Below are positions 27,801-42,077 of a stretch of 64,000 nt of DNA, piece after piece (position 1 is the first letter of the stretch; the number at the start of each line of letters is the position of its first letter). The position numbers and the translations under genes are program-made. The stretch is from Catajapyx aquilonaris (taxonomy: Eukaryota): positions 1-64,000 of the forward strand of contig KZ538518.1 in assembly GCA_000934665.2 (NCBI GenBank). Direction: 5' to 3'. A model generated the notes under the pieces. The model ran no database searches. It was given only the letters and a program-made list of their open reading frames with translations, and was not told where the DNA came from.

Positions 27801-30800
27801 TGGTTGGGGACATCAATCTTGAATTGCGCTCACGATATGCTGCAATGTGCATTCAGGCTGCGCCGTTATGTGAGTGCCATGTAATATTCGTTTCAACGAG
27901 GGCATCGCAGAATGATTTTACGTAACTGTTACATACGTCCGATATACCAAGGGTAAGCGTGATCGACAAACATCAAGCACTCAAAATATTCGTGAGTGAA
28001 AGGAACCGGTCGAGTGCATAATGCAAAAGTTATTGTCCAAGTTTTTCCACGGAAGTACCGCTGTAATCCGCGAGTCAGTAGCACAAAACGTTACATGACG
28101 TCAGACACAATTTTCTTGAACAAATTCGGTGGTACAGCTACTGTACAGCGTGGGAAGTCGAATCTCGCACGTTTTTCGGAGCCGCATACCGAGGTCACGA
28201 AAGTGTGATGAACTCACCCTAGATCATGTATATTGTGACCGCAGTGCCGAATACTTAGTCCAATTGAAGGGAATTAAGAATGGGCCACCGAGCAGCTTTT
28301 CTCCAGCCTTAATCATGAAAAATGCGATGCTCCAGACGGCTCCAAGAGACGAGTGTGTTGACATCGGAAGATGGCGGACGTGATTTTTTTTTTCCCTTGT
28401 CTGTTTTTGTGTGCGCCCCTCCGGTCGTCTTCATCATAATGCTGTCTCCAAAAGCCCAGTTAACTCGCACGGACGTGCATAAGTCCATGTCAAGGGACAA
28501 GAAAATGGACCGGAAGAGGATGATTTCCCGCCCCTTCGCCCCGCACAAAAGCCGACTTATTCCTCCCATTTTTCCCCAACTCGTGTCTTTTATCTCGGTT
28601 GGGAATGGCCCTGTTGACGTCACTTTGCAGGGTTATTAATGGATCAAGTCCATTGGATCACCTCCCCCTTTTTCCCCTCCCTTCTGGACTTGAATATTGG
28701 TGACATTCGTCTCCGGTTGAGCGAGATTGCTTCGTAACAGACAAGATGTCTTGTCTGGGTGAGTTAACATGCCAAGCCATGTCAATTTGTGGAGGGATAT
28801 TGGCAACATTGTCGGGGAGCAGGACTTCGAAGGGCATAATTGACGCAAACGGCCCATTTGGTACAAATTCGATAGCTGCGATTTGAGACCTGTGGAGTAC
28901 ATCGGAAGAAATCACATTGTCTTAGTATGGCGATTGCATATAAAGCCCGAAAACAAAGTAGTTAAAGTACCTGTGATACATCCCTAGTCTTAGCGAGGAT
29001 CCGCCTCTTGGGTCGGCGAAGCTCCGAAACGGATCCCCTCCCTTTTATCCTGGGCGAGAATACTCGGGTGTGAAACAGCCCATCTTTTTTACCTAAGTAC
29101 TAGACGACTACACCCTGGAACTTTGCAGGCATCGCATTCGTCACTAATCAAGGGGCTCATTCCGGTAAATTAGCGCCGGTTTTGTAGGCGGTTGCGGACT
29201 GAAAGGCTTGACACTGAATGGTTGCCATTCGGATAGACGCTGCTCGGCAACAATTAATTACTGCTAAGAGGAGCGTTGTCAGCCAAGAATTAATACAGTG
29301 CGTGTCCCATAAGATTAAACCGCGAAGTGTCTCGTGAAATGTGGATACAAATATTAACAAAGGATGCGTGGAATTGGAAACAGCCGGTAGATGTCACTAG
29401 TACGGTGGTGACATCTGCTGGCCATTCTTTACAGCTAATATTGTCTTTACTCTCATGGAGTGTGGCGAACTGATGAGGGGCAACTATCTACTTTCTGTGG
29501 GTGTTTCGAAGCTATTTTCTCACTGAAGTAGGAGGAGCTTTAGCGTCTTCACTCGAAGGATCTCGGAGAGATATACGAGCTGGTAGAAACAAGCAAACGG
29601 GCATTTTTGCCACTACAATGCGAATCACGTTTTCCACCAGTCGCATCTTCTGGATGAAACCACAGAGGGGCTGTCTCTGAACAAGGAAGTCGCAGAAGTA
29701 GGAATTAAATATAAAGCCCCCTCTTGCCAGCGGGAGGGGGAAAAAAGTGTTGTCTGGTATCAGCCTCACGTTTCTTGAGTATGGTCAGGAACCGGGACAA
29801 AATAGTGCAAGGTAAACAATTTTGATGGAAGGATTGAAACGTGTTGGCGCTTAAAAGCGGGGCTTTTTCGCACGAGTAAGCTCCAGGCTATTGTAACGTT
29901 CATGAAGGGTGGGGGTGGAAGTAAACGTGAGCGGCATACATACGGCTCAAGTTAAGGTGGCCTGGTTGTACAGCGATATATTTTCCAGATAAGGGCAAGG
30001 AACGAAATTAATTTGTTGGCAGACTTATATCGCGCTTGAAAGTAATCAACAGGCTGAAGTGTACAGTTAACAGTGTTATCAGCGATTGAGGTTTTTAAAA
30101 AGTGGAAGGTAATTCAATAAACTCGACTTCCGCTTATTTTTATCGGCCAATGGCACTCGGGGCTGCAAATCCTATTGTCATCAAACCCGACGTGATATTC
30201 TCTCAGCTTATGCGAGATAAGTGGTTTAGAGAGGGAACCCCCCCACCCCCCTCCCACCCCCCCCCCCGCAAGGAATAGTAATCCTGGTTGTCATTAACGA
30301 CGTGTTCGTGTAATGGAATCCCAGCATTAGCGTCGGTCGAAATTAATGAGGAAATTAACGCCCGATAAAAGGGAAAGAGAGGGGCTGTTCTTAAGTCATA
30401 TCTCACGCTTGGGAAGAGAACTTGTGTCTTATATGCGATGGACCAGGAGGGCCAATAGAAGGGGAGGGTTTTTTTGGCAGTAATACGAATGTGTGCCAAG
30501 TTGAGACCTTGCCAGAAACCTGTTGCCTGTTTGGATCCCCTTTTTTTCTAGGAGTCCTTTATAATCTGGACGAGAATAGAACAGCAAGTGTGTGACAGCA
30601 CTTATAGTCGATGACCTAGCAGGTGGGATACTGTACCGAACTGACCTACTAAATGGCACAGGTGCAATGTTTTAATAGCTTGCCGGCGTCAACCTGACCT
30701 CTAGAAAGTAGATTGTCGGGAAATGCGCTTGTTCACTTCCGCGAGTCGGTACCGGCATGTTGTAAGTGCAGTCGGATCCTGTTCGGGCTTCAGGTGCGGT

Positions 30801-33057
30801 TACAAGTGTCGTGTTCTTGAAAATTGAGACGGACGGCGAACGACCAGGAATTGCAGCTTGGAGTTGTTCAACCGCTGCACGGGTTACCTGTCATTTTGTC
30901 AGATTCTGGGAGGTTTTCTTGCCGTTTGCTAATAACTAATAAGGGATGCGTATTATGAGCTGGTTTAATTGTACGTTGCGTGCAATGTGGAACAGAAGTT
31001 TGGCACGTCTTTCCAGACTATGCTTGTTTGCGATATTCTAAGACTATATCCGATTTAATTTGGTAGGGTCGGCTCTATTACGGAGACAAGGTTCGTCATA
31101 CCCGGGCATACCCGTGAATACTAGTGGTCATCCTGCTGGTTATACCATCCCCCAAACGCTCGTCCTGCACGGGTTGCCTGACGTCCAGGATATTCCGTCG
31201 CAGCATGGGATAGCAATTGGTATGCGATTAATTCCGCAATTGAACCAAAAATGATAGTATAATATCGTTATGGAATATAACAAGCAACATATGCCCGAAA
31301 AGAAGTGCGCAACCTGTGCGTGATTTAAATATTTTTGTACATATTTGGTATTTGGAACTTAAAAGCGACTCAGAATGAGTTAAATATTCTTCATTTTTAT
31401 TGGGAAATTTTGACTCCCAAATATTTGCGCGTATGTAGAGCGTGATATGACGCGATTTATTCGTCTGTTTGGACAATTTGGCTGGGTGTTGTTTAAAAAC
31501 ATTCGGGGCGTGTCTATTGTTTGGTCATGAGCTGCTTGACGCGGGCCTTTTGTGTCGGCACCGAAACCGCCGCGAGTATATTGGGACGGGTCATTGACCC
31601 TGGTAAGATATCGTTGATTAAATCCCGCGGGGCCGGAGGCTGCGACGTATATGAGGTGGTAATGAGGCGTGAAGTCATTAAAGCCCGGGTGTACACTTTA
31701 TTGCTATCTTGATGCAATCACCTCAAGAGGGCCAGTATTCTACAAAGACGGAGCCCGGCCGGGTTTAGGTCTAGGAGACCCGCCTCCCTTAGACATGCAA
31801 ATAACGCATTTTCGAAGCCAACTGGATGGGAAAAGGGTCCGGGACCGAGGTGACATTTTAATGGCTGTGTTTTTGTGCTGCGTCCCGGAAGCGGAACTTC
31901 AGTACAAATGTGACTGATACACTTGTCGTGACGACTTGAGGCGCACTAAAACCTGTTTGATATGTTGGCGCCAGAAGGACTTCCGACATGTGCATCGTTG
32001 GGAGATTACGCGGGGGGTGATGGATTATGTCTTGTTTCAGGCTTATGCATCCAAATCGTGGGATTTTGTAGAGATGCAGATGGTTCTTAACACGGACAGT
32101 CAGGGCAAGTCGGCCATGCTACCGTTTTGCGAAGGAGGCGCATGAGGTCAAAGGAAGGTTCACGAGCGTCTTATAAGTTAATGTGGGAGTAGCTCCCTGG
32201 TATTTAGCTGCCTTTTGATGACGCCGAGTGGGGGAATTGAGAGAAGGAATTTGGAGAAGTACGAGGGCTAAAAATAGCGAATTAATAAGGGGATTGTTAG
32301 CTGAAATAATTCCCCTGCGTGTGCATAGGCGTAAGCCCCCCCACCCACAAGCCCGCCAAAAAAGAATCAGGATATTTTAACCACCACGCTAGGGTAATTA
32401 TGTACTACACAGAGAACTATGAACTTGTAGGCGTTAGAAGCAGGCAGATGTTACATCCTCAAAAACCCCATTTTTTTCCCGCCGACAGCAAAATCCCGCT
32501 CTGGAACGAAAATAACCCTGGCTGAAAAAAAAATCTGCATATTCCACAGCCACAGTGTGTGGGGGGAGGATTGGCGAGGGATTGTGCTTTTATTTCATTC
32601 GAAAGCAAAACAGCAGTAAATCCCCATATTTTCATAGAGTAAACAATGTGAGGTGCACACTAATTGAGTAATGAACCAACTTTGCACCCGGTTTTATCCC
32701 ACCTGCCGTGTCGAGGCTTCCAAAACAAGTGGCCACAATTGTATGGCAATGACATCATCGATTTGGACACGAACATCCCCCTGTAAAAGGTCGCCTATTA
32801 GTCTGCGATTGGACGCGTACCAACGGTACTAACTGAGTTGATTTGGCCCGACAGAAGCATGAAGGTAAAAGTGCTGGAGGGCTCGATTAGCACACAAAAG
32901 GTCCCCAGTGACACACATGTCTTACTCGTTAGTTCCAACTCTGTGAATGCCCCCCTGCAGCAGATATCCATTACAATAAGGCCCGGTGTTGTTGGTTGCA
33001 GATCGGCGTGGAGTTGAGAGCCACAGCAGCTGCGACAGTGGGCAGAGGAAGACGAGG

Positions 33058-33267
33058 ATGGGCGGAGGGCAGAGCAAGCGCTCGGTGGACATCACCACCA
33101 GCCCCAAGAAGGGCGCAGCAGCGGAGATTCTAGAGGGCAATGTGGTGGTGAAGGATGGGCAGGTCATCGAGGATGTGGCGGGCGACCAGACCACGTCGTC
33201 AACTCAAGAGTTCGACGACAAGGCGCTCAATGGTGATGCCAAGATTGATGGAATGAATGATAGCGAG
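33058..33267 (+). CDS. Akap200: Akap200/MARCKS-like protein, coding exon 1 (70 aa, N-myristoylation motif MGGGQS)
   Basis: Acceptor ttggttgcag ends at 33001; ATG at 33058 in AGGATGG context; donor GAG|gtgagt at 33268; 210 nt, phase 0. MGGGQSKRSVDITTSPKK closely matches the Drosophila Akap200 N-terminus as I recall it (MGKAQSKRSIDITTDPKK); Gly2/Ser6 fits the NMT consensus. Confidence 0.88.
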
Positions 33268-34488
33268 GTGAGTTTGATTGTTGATTCCGCCTTTTGCGAT
33301 GTGCACTTACATTTTGATTAGTGGGCGTATATGTTTCGAGTTTTGAGCAGTCACATTTAATGCATCGAAGGACATACGGTTTACCTCCTTTTCAAATAAA
33401 AATAAAAATAAGGAGACACCTGCTGCAAGTGTATCTTTCAAATGTAATGGGGGAGGGGGGGGGGGTGTCATTCTTCAATCATTCATTTCACAGTAAGTAG
33501 GATACTATATTTAGTACCACATTGCACTAAAACATTCTTCCCCACTAGTTCAATAGGTTAGTATAATTACGTCCAAGCAAGGTCCAGAGACAACGGAAAA
33601 GATACGGAACAATGGGTTATTAAGATGATAGCTGTGTGACTAATTGTTAAAGCCACTTGAGATTTTGGATTAAAGTTTGAATGTAGGCTAATCTGTGTTT
33701 TGAATTTCTGTGGGCTGAGAGCACTTAAGATGATCTCTGCAGTGTGTGACTCAGCACACTTGTATAATTCAAATTCAATGTCATCTAGTTTCTCCCCGGC
33801 TTATATGGTTAATTTATAGCACATTGTTGATGGGAGCATGGGATTATTTTATGACTAATGTTGGGGATGGCATTACAGTGCCAAGCGTGGTGTTTTATCA
33901 AAGTGTAATGAAAATATACGGCCGCGATATCCCTGGAGGTCTTGTAGGAGTGATAATGCAGGTATGCTATATGCTAGTGTTTAGTGATGTACTCGAGTAC
34001 ATATTCATGCATTTGTTATCACTACAGAAACACTTGGCGAGCAGACGATAATTTGTGCCCTTGACACAACCCTTAAAGATTGTGTGCATGAATCTTTTTA
34101 CCCCCAGCTTATCACATTGGTGGCTGGAAATGAGTTAGGAAGTATATATCACCTAACCAGCAGGGGAAGAATGTACGATTTGAATATCAATTATTTTTTG
34201 AAAAGTGTATTTAGCAGTGAAATATGAAATATATGGCTTGGGAGCAAAGGCACGTTAGGAAGAAGTGGGTTCACCTGTTGTATTATATACGTAATCCTTC
34301 GCAGCTACAAAAAAATTAGGAGCAGGTGAAAGGCTTCTTGAGTCCATGCCGCTTTTCCCACGCCTCCTCCTTCCCCTTTCCCCTCCAACCTCAATTATTT
34401 GCAGCCAAGGTTAATGGGATGCAGGAAGAACCACTGGGAATATCTCTTGAGCCCCCATTACTGTTTTCTTTTTTCGTTTCTGCTATAG

Positions 34489-34740
34489 GACAGCAAACTT
34501 GAAGATGGTAACCATGAGACCACGATAGAGAGCATTGGACAAGAGGAGAACAGCAAAGTGGAGGAGAAGGCAGAGTCTGGGAAGGACGAGAAGAAGAGCA
34601 AGAAAGAAAAGGAAGAGAAGAAGAAGCAGGAGAAGGTGAAAAAGAAGAATTCCCTGAGGTTGAGCAGCTTCAGCTTCCTGAGGCGGCAAAAGAAGGCCAA
34701 AGACGAGAGCAACAAAAACGGCGACGTCAGCAAAGATGAG
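34489..34740 (+). CDS. Akap200: Akap200-like coding exon 2 (84 aa) with MARCKS-type basic effector/phosphorylation-site domain
   Basis: Polypyrimidine tract plus ctatag acceptor ending 34488; donor GAG|gtgagt at 34741; 252 nt, phase 0. Encodes KKKQEKVKKKNSLRLSSFSFLRRQKK, similar to the KKDKVKKKWSFRSISF segment recalled for fly Akap200. Confidence 0.9.
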
Positions 34741-37700
34741 GTGAGTGGATGATATGTCATTCCACATATACAACCAGTTCTTGGAACCATTTTTGCACAA
34801 GGTTCATTTAGCCGGACAGTTACTTTATGGGAGTTCATTAAACCCAGTCCATTAGCTCATTTAATTTTATTTCCAATTTGAAGGCGACCGAACGCTCTTT
34901 TTTTTTAAAAAAAAAAAGCTCTTGGGGAAAGCGTCGTAAAAGGTCGCTTTAGTGGTCTTTGCTGCACTTCATTGTCGATGTAAAGCGTTAAAAAAAGCCT
35001 GGCTGCAGTGTAGTCATGGCGACCATCAACTCCCTACGTGTAATTGTTAAAGTAACAAGCCCCTGCATTAGGAGGTGCAGCAACAGAGCGGCTTCACGGC
35101 ACTGTCAAATGTCACAGCACACAAATTTTGCAACTGTGCATCACAAGTGCTTTGTTGACAGTTCAAACCCTATGGAAGCAGTGTTGACGTTTTACCACAG
35201 TTACAGTTTACACGCAGACAGAAATGAAGTTTGCGCCGAATTAAATCATGTACACACCGCTGGGGCTCCCCATTTTTTACAGGAAAAAATCACAAAAAAA
35301 AGTTGTTGTTGTGAATTTGATCATAACTCTTCGGGAAAACTCATGAATAGCCCTGTTTGCCCTCGATTTTCTGGGAGGCGAGGAAGCCTGGTCCCCCTCC
35401 CCAATGGATTAGACCAGAATAAATCAGCGAAGTGGTGGAGTGGATAAACTCCGATTTCCCCGGACGATCGAAGTCTGTGTGAGAGAAAAAGAGGAATCCT
35501 CGAGAGGGACCCATAGAAAAGGGGTAGCTGAAAGGTGTTTGTCCAATTACCTGAGTGCTTTCAGAGTTAGTCGAGGGAACACTAGGTGGTTTATGAACCA
35601 CACGCGATTACAATGATGAAACTTGCCACTTCTGCTCATAAATTAGTAATCAGGGCCATGCTGACTAATCACGCTGTGCCCGTTGCATTGTCTCTTATCG
35701 GGGCTGGACCCAGTAAATACAGCGGGCGTTTGGAAAATGGGCATGCAAACAATGCCAAATCACGCGCTCCTGACGCGACATCCGATAAAGAAAAAGGGGG
35801 TTTGTTATTTGGTGAAGAAGTTTCCTTTGCTGGTTGATTAGCCTCGGATTTGAATTGGGAATCGCGGAATATTTGCAAATGCTGGAAAGTGCTGAGGGCG
35901 GGTATTCACTAGAAGAGTTGAAAAAGTTTAGCGGGGTAAGCTGTCAATATTAGCCACCGGCATTTTAAAGAGTCGCAGGAAGCACCACAGGGGCGCTAAT
36001 GTTCCGTCTCTTTTCGCGTGGTGCCATCTGGAACATAACATGGCGACCACCTCAAGCTGCTGCCTATGCGTTTTTTTTTTCTTTCTCCCTCTTTTTTGTC
36101 ACCGTGCCAAAAATACCTCGCATCCGAACCGCGCCTTGGCGACACATTCCCCATTTAGTACAGCTAACCAGCATTACTTCTCCCCGACAAAACTCCTTTG
36201 TCAAAAAGAACATTGCCGGAGTCCAGATTATGAGAATTTATTTCGCCACCTTCCACCGTGGGAAAGACGGCCATAAACAGCAGCTAGCGAGATAAGAAGC
36301 GGGAAATGAACTTGGGAGGTAGTGTCAACTTTCAAGGAAAAGTTGTTAACTCGGATCTTGCCATCCGTATTGGTCGATGCAAGTGGTGTCAAATTTGTCA
36401 CATTTTAGCGGGGGTGTACTGTTACCAAATTCGTCCACCAGCTGCTGCATGTCCGGGCACAGTTGTGCAAGCAGTTGTGCACAGTAATGAATACATGCAA
36501 TGCTGTATTGATTGTTAATTGCAAACGGTCCATGAATGAGGAGGTGCCCGCCGGTCCTCAATGTCAGGGACGCATTTTTTTGTTGTTGTTCTGAAGTGTG
36601 TCGAGGATGTGGGGCTTGGGGGTTGGAAGTGGCGGTAATGGAAAATAGGGATCCTGGGGTTGGCTGGAGAGTAGGCTGGGGGTTTGTAGGCTGTAGGGTA
36701 GGGGCAGAAACGACGCCAGACAGAATCAATACGAGCGTCGGGGGCCGTCGCACTCGAACTCGGCGCATGCCAGCTTGTGGAATGGGTTCAAAAACCCCTA
36801 CTCTTTCTACCCCCCACCCCTCCCCAACCCATATCCCCACCCACGCATCAAACCTCAACCTTGCATATATGGATCTGCGTTTGACCCGGTAGTCTAACTA
36901 AGCTGCACCTAGTGTAATTATATGGGGGGTTTTCATGAACATTTTTGCTGGATGGAAATGGAGGACCTAATGGATGGCTATGTATTTTTTAAATCGGCCG
37001 TGGAGTAATATGGAGAAACGTGACGGGGTTTTTGAATTTGGCACAATTGATCGCTCGATTATTCACGGCCGACCAGCAGGAGGTTTCGATTTGCTTCTCC
37101 AGAGGCCAGCACATGGCATGTTTGGGGCAGTCTGCACCACTCGCTTGATGGTGTCGTTTAGGGCCAAGCTAATTGCCCACCAGGAGTAACTAAAAACGCA
37201 GTAACTCGGGTACAAGTGGGCCACACATTTAGCATTGAAAAATTTCGGCCAAATGCCATTCGGCCAAATGGGTGAGGCGCCATTTTGGGCACATTCCCGA
37301 GGTCGCAAATGCGTCAAAAGTGTGAAAGATAAACCCTCCGGATGTTGTTTGCTATCACCCACGCTGGTACCAAAATGGAACTCATGTGCTTGAGAGGGCA
37401 GAAGGTTTACATCTGTATGATGAAATTGAGCCAAGAGGGATTAAAACGGTCTGTTTAGGGCGTAGGACAACCGAGAGCTGACTTGCAGCAATGCAAGGGA
37501 GGAGAAAAAAAAAGAGAGCCAGAGGGTGTGGTTACTGTACGAGACCATGTACAACGTTCATGCAGAATTCAAGCCTGGAGTTGACGGTTGAGTATCATAC
37601 CACAATCCTACTCCGCTCGGCCAAATTAGCAGGAAATGAATTTTGCAAAATTACCGCTTCTAAAATCCTCCAGATAATCGTCCCCATGCATTTTCAGAGC

Positions 37701-40700
37701 CCCGCTGGTAAATCCTGTAGGGACAGCCCCCATTGCATGAGGAAATTTTCCGGCTAATGAAGCGGCACAAGCTACCTGGCAAAAACCGCATTTAGACCGT
37801 CGATCCAATAAATCCCGGCCAGGGTTAGTTGTGTGGGACAGCCTCCGAGTCTCGCAAATAACTGTTAGGACATATTGACTAACGACGCTGGGTAGCAGGT
37901 GGCACCTCCGCCTGCCAGTTATGCAAGCAGGCGTGGGAGTGACGGTTGGGTTGCATAAGGGTCAGGATAAAGCCATGCCACCCCTAGCCACCAATTGACA
38001 GAAATGGAACCTTTGGTCTGGCGATTAACAGATTTGATGAAATAATGGCGTGGGGTGGGAGGTTAGGGTCCATTTCCTGTGCGTGTTGACCTACTGACAC
38101 ACGACATTGACCTCGTGGATGCTGACTCAGCGGGGTAAGAGTCAGTAGTAGGGGTGGTAAGAATTTAAGATTTTTGACAAGATAAGTTTGATGAACTCGT
38201 TCTATAGGAGAGAGAGAGAAAAAAAGGGGTGCTTGATCTCCCAAGAATGATGGGGGTCTCAGGGGCGTTATCGGTTTCAATCAAGGCCGTGATGGTGGTT
38301 GTCGTTCGAGCTCCGACAGCTTGACGTTATCATCAGGGTCGATGAAGGAAGAGGAGGGATCGGGATGAAGCTATTGGACACACCAGGACACTTTTTTGGA
38401 GAGGGGAGAGAGAGGGTGGGCCAGCCAATATTTGGAGCAGTCCGACTTGAGGGACTTGCCTTGAGGCTGGCAATCAAACTACACAAAGCCTTATGAAAGG
38501 CATTAGGTTTCAATTAGCGACAGGTCAATCAGGAATAGGGGAAGGTTCCCTTTAGAGGATGAGAGCAATATCGATTTCTGGGCTGTTATTACAGATTTTG
38601 GGATGTTACCTTGGTTACACCGAAGGTACAAGGGGGCGAGACAGTGGAAGCATCGATTTCTTGTTAGGAGTTGGTGTAAGGAGGGGGGAGCCAATTATTT
38701 ATGACCGATTAGGATGCTCTTTGGATCATGGGCAGGGAAGAGAGGGGGGATATAAAAAAAGATGGCTGACGGTTCTTCAAAGGCTCCTCGAAGTGCCCCG
38801 GGTTGGTCTCTTGGGTGCTGAGGCGCCACCAGCTGTGCAGAACTAATGCAATGTAGCTTGAAAAAGGTGGGCAGAAATGTGGGGAAATTCCAGTTTGTTG
38901 CGTTCTTTTCTGAGAGCTGGTGCTATCCCGAGGGCTCGGTTGCGGTGTAGGAGAAGCCTTTTTGGAAAGATCGAATCGGCATCGATATACTCCAGTTTAC
39001 GAAACAGCCTTGGGATATCAGACGCTGGACTATTTCCAGTTGGCCCACCTGAATCACTATTTATATTACACACCGAATTACGCACTTATTCTCCGCCCCA
39101 ACTTGCGTACAGGGTGGGCTCCCAACATTATGCACTAATGAACCACGCCACATAACCATTTTTTCTTCAACCCTCACGAGGCCAAGTGGCGATTGTCTAC
39201 CTTGCATATTAGGCGTATTTAAGATGCGCTGGAGGAGCAGATTCCTCCCCACTCTTCCTTCCTTCCACCCACCGAAATTGGCGCAGGGAGGCTGACTCAT
39301 GAGATGAGAAGTCATGAAAAGGGGAAGCCCCCGCCGAAAATTAGTGGCTGCTTCTTAAGGGTTATGGAAGTGAAGTCTCCAGGGGGGAAGGTCTCGCCCT
39401 AGCAAATTGCACAATCCTCTGGAAACGACGATCTGGGCTCTTGAGCAGGCTGCGAAATGACTCCCGGAAAAGGCGAGAATGTCGTCTCCTACTGTCGTGT
39501 CACAAAGGACGGGAATCTCGTTGCAGTAGAGGTTTTTAAAAAAAGAAGGGGGCTAACGCAATTATCTAGCTGTACTGTGAAATAATTCCAGTCCGCGGAA
39601 ATGTAGGCGACAACCTTCATTGCACCTGGGGCTCGTTCATTTGGGAGACGCCGAAAAGCGACCGCCTTGTCTAAATCATCTGGCACTCTCTAGCTCTAGC
39701 TGCTCTAGCAGGATTATTCTGGGACACTTTTTGGACGATTTTTTTTGACGCCTGAATTTTGAAGTTGTGCAGAATTGCATCAGCACATTCCGCACCCTTG
39801 TGTCTCTGTGGGAGATGGCCCAATCTGATTGGGTGGATTTGGATTGGGTTACTGCAAGAATGCAAGGGGGGGGGGGATGTCACTTGGCCGATTGTTTAGC
39901 AGGTATTTTGGCCAAATTCCAGGTGAGTGCAGTTTTTGACTGATTTTTTTTCCTCATGATTCACGGCATGGTAACCCCAAAAAACGGTGCCAAGTGAGCC
40001 GCAAAGCAACCCTAAATCAACCCTACTTAAACTTGTCACACATTCTTGGAGCGTGATGTCAACATGCTCAGCACTTACGCTGCTGGTTTCTTGCCACGCC
40101 ACTTGCTCTCATTCTAAGGGGGGACAATAGGAGTTGGTCTTTAGCAAGTCGTTTTCTCCGCGCAGTTTGCGGATTTGTTTACAAGTGTGCCGTTGGACCA
40201 ATGTCCCTGCAGGAACAAGCAACTCGTGTCTCATGGTCTCGTGGCTGGCCTCGATGCCAGCAGGGTCTATTTTGCGCATAGAGGTTTTGGGGGCGGAGGT
40301 TGTGTTTTCGTAGGTGAGCTGCAGGGAGACCTTGGATTTAGTCCAGGTTTTTGGACTCTGTCCCAATGCCTCTTGCATCTGATAGTTAGCACCCGGCAGC
40401 AGGCAAATAAGATGCGCAGTTCACTGCGTCAACAGGACCTTCGACGCCGTAACTACCTGTATGTAACCTCATCCTCACATGATTATAATCTGCCATTGCT
40501 AATCAGTAAAAGCCGCGTGAGATTTGGTCAACACGGGGATGAATCCTGAGATTAAGGCCAATACGTTTTGCACAATGTTATTTGCGCTACAACGAGGCTT
40601 ATTGCCTCACTGAAGTATATGCAATGTTTGCCGAGATACCGGTTCGAAATTTCGGTTTGTCAATATTCAAATGTAGCCTTGACACCGTACTTGCGGAAAT

Positions 40701-42062
40701 ATGCAATGAAAATCCGGTTCTCTACGAGTGAGGATTAGCATGATCGAACCGAAATATCTGAAATATTTACGAGCATACTGTACACTATAATAAATGCTTC
40801 GAACCGTACCGAGCGGTATCGAGACTAATAAATCCTTACTGAAACGCCCACCACTAGTTTAAAACAACTATAGGCTGTTGACGCAGCGGAGTAAAAGAGA
40901 CCATGTATTCTGTCACATGCATGATGATTCATTCAGGACAACATGTGTGACATGACTAAATAAGTAATGCGAACGTTGCACTTGGTGCAAAGCGCACTTG
41001 CTGCGTTGGGGTTTTTTTTTCGCGGGAATTTTATCTATTTATTTGATGGGAGACTTGTTTGTCACGTTTGATGATTTTCCACTCGAGTGCGATGTTTTAT
41101 CGTGGAGCTCAACACGTGCAGAAAAGTCCGTGAATTGATTTAGAGAGTACGTTCAAGGGGAGAAAAATCTGCGGAATTGAGTATTTCGACAGACTTTTCA
41201 GAACAATCAATAACTGTTGTGGAAGCCGTTCAAGTGGAATGGGCCTGCCTTTGTATAAGTCCTGGAGGATATAATAGAAACTGAACGATGCTCTCCAGTA
41301 CGGAGGGAAAAGTTTGGGAGCTCTCTTTTGAATCAAGGAAGAAAAGGCATTTGCGTTGGCTCATATATTTAGAAAAAGAGCGAGACAACTTTATGGATTC
41401 GAAACTGCACAAACTTGGACTTCGCTCTATCCCTGCATTCATTACGAGGATGAATATTTCCAGAAGAGAAAAAAGAATCACCGGTTTGGGGGGCTCTTTC
41501 CCGTTACATCCAGGGTCCTTTCAGACCCCAGGACCCCAACAAAGGAGGCGGTTGTAAAGCGGCCAGAAATTTGGAGGAGCCCAAGAAATGCTTTTTTTCC
41601 AGTTAGAACTGGACATTTCCAAACAGTTTCCTAGGGAGTGGTGACCCAGCACAGATTAGTCCGCAGCAAGGGGCACCAATAGGGAGAGGCCACCGAGTGG
41701 TGGTTGCTGTATGTTGGAGCAAGCTTTTGCAACCCCCTCCACCACCCGCCTCCTAGTACCCCCCTCCTCTTCCTCTTCTCTGGAACCCCTTGCCAGGGCT
41801 ATATGTGGAGGATGGGGGAGGTGAGGGGGGGAGGGTGGGTGTGACCCTCTACCCACCCAAAAAACCCCCGACCACCATGCTACCACCCCTCCTGGTGTGG
41901 GCCCCCTTTGATTAGGAGTCCCCTCCCGAGGCACATGCCAGTCTTCGTCGCGGATCCTTTCCAGTTGGAAGCGTTTCCTCCACTTCTCGTACGAAACTTG
42001 CTGCCAGACAGCGTGGTCCGCTCCAGTTCGGTGTAGGCACTTCTTCGGCGAATATCTTCAAG

Positions 42063-42077
42063 ATGTCTGACGCTCAG
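42063..42077 (+). CDS. Akap200: Putative internal alternative first coding exon (MSDAQ)
   Basis: AAG ATG TCT GAC GCT CAG|gtatgg: purine at -3, strong donor, phase 0 compatible with the exon at 45729; preceded by a GC/CpG-rich promoter-like block at 41650-42060 with CCAAT at 41676. Confidence 0.45.

Noticed and set aside
28995..29040. Stem-loop containing GAAAC, considered as a hammerhead ribozyme
   Set aside because: The CUGANGA core is missing.
40630..40856. Possible hAT-like remnant ending GCCCACCACTA
   Set aside because: No matching left terminus or 8-bp TSD found.
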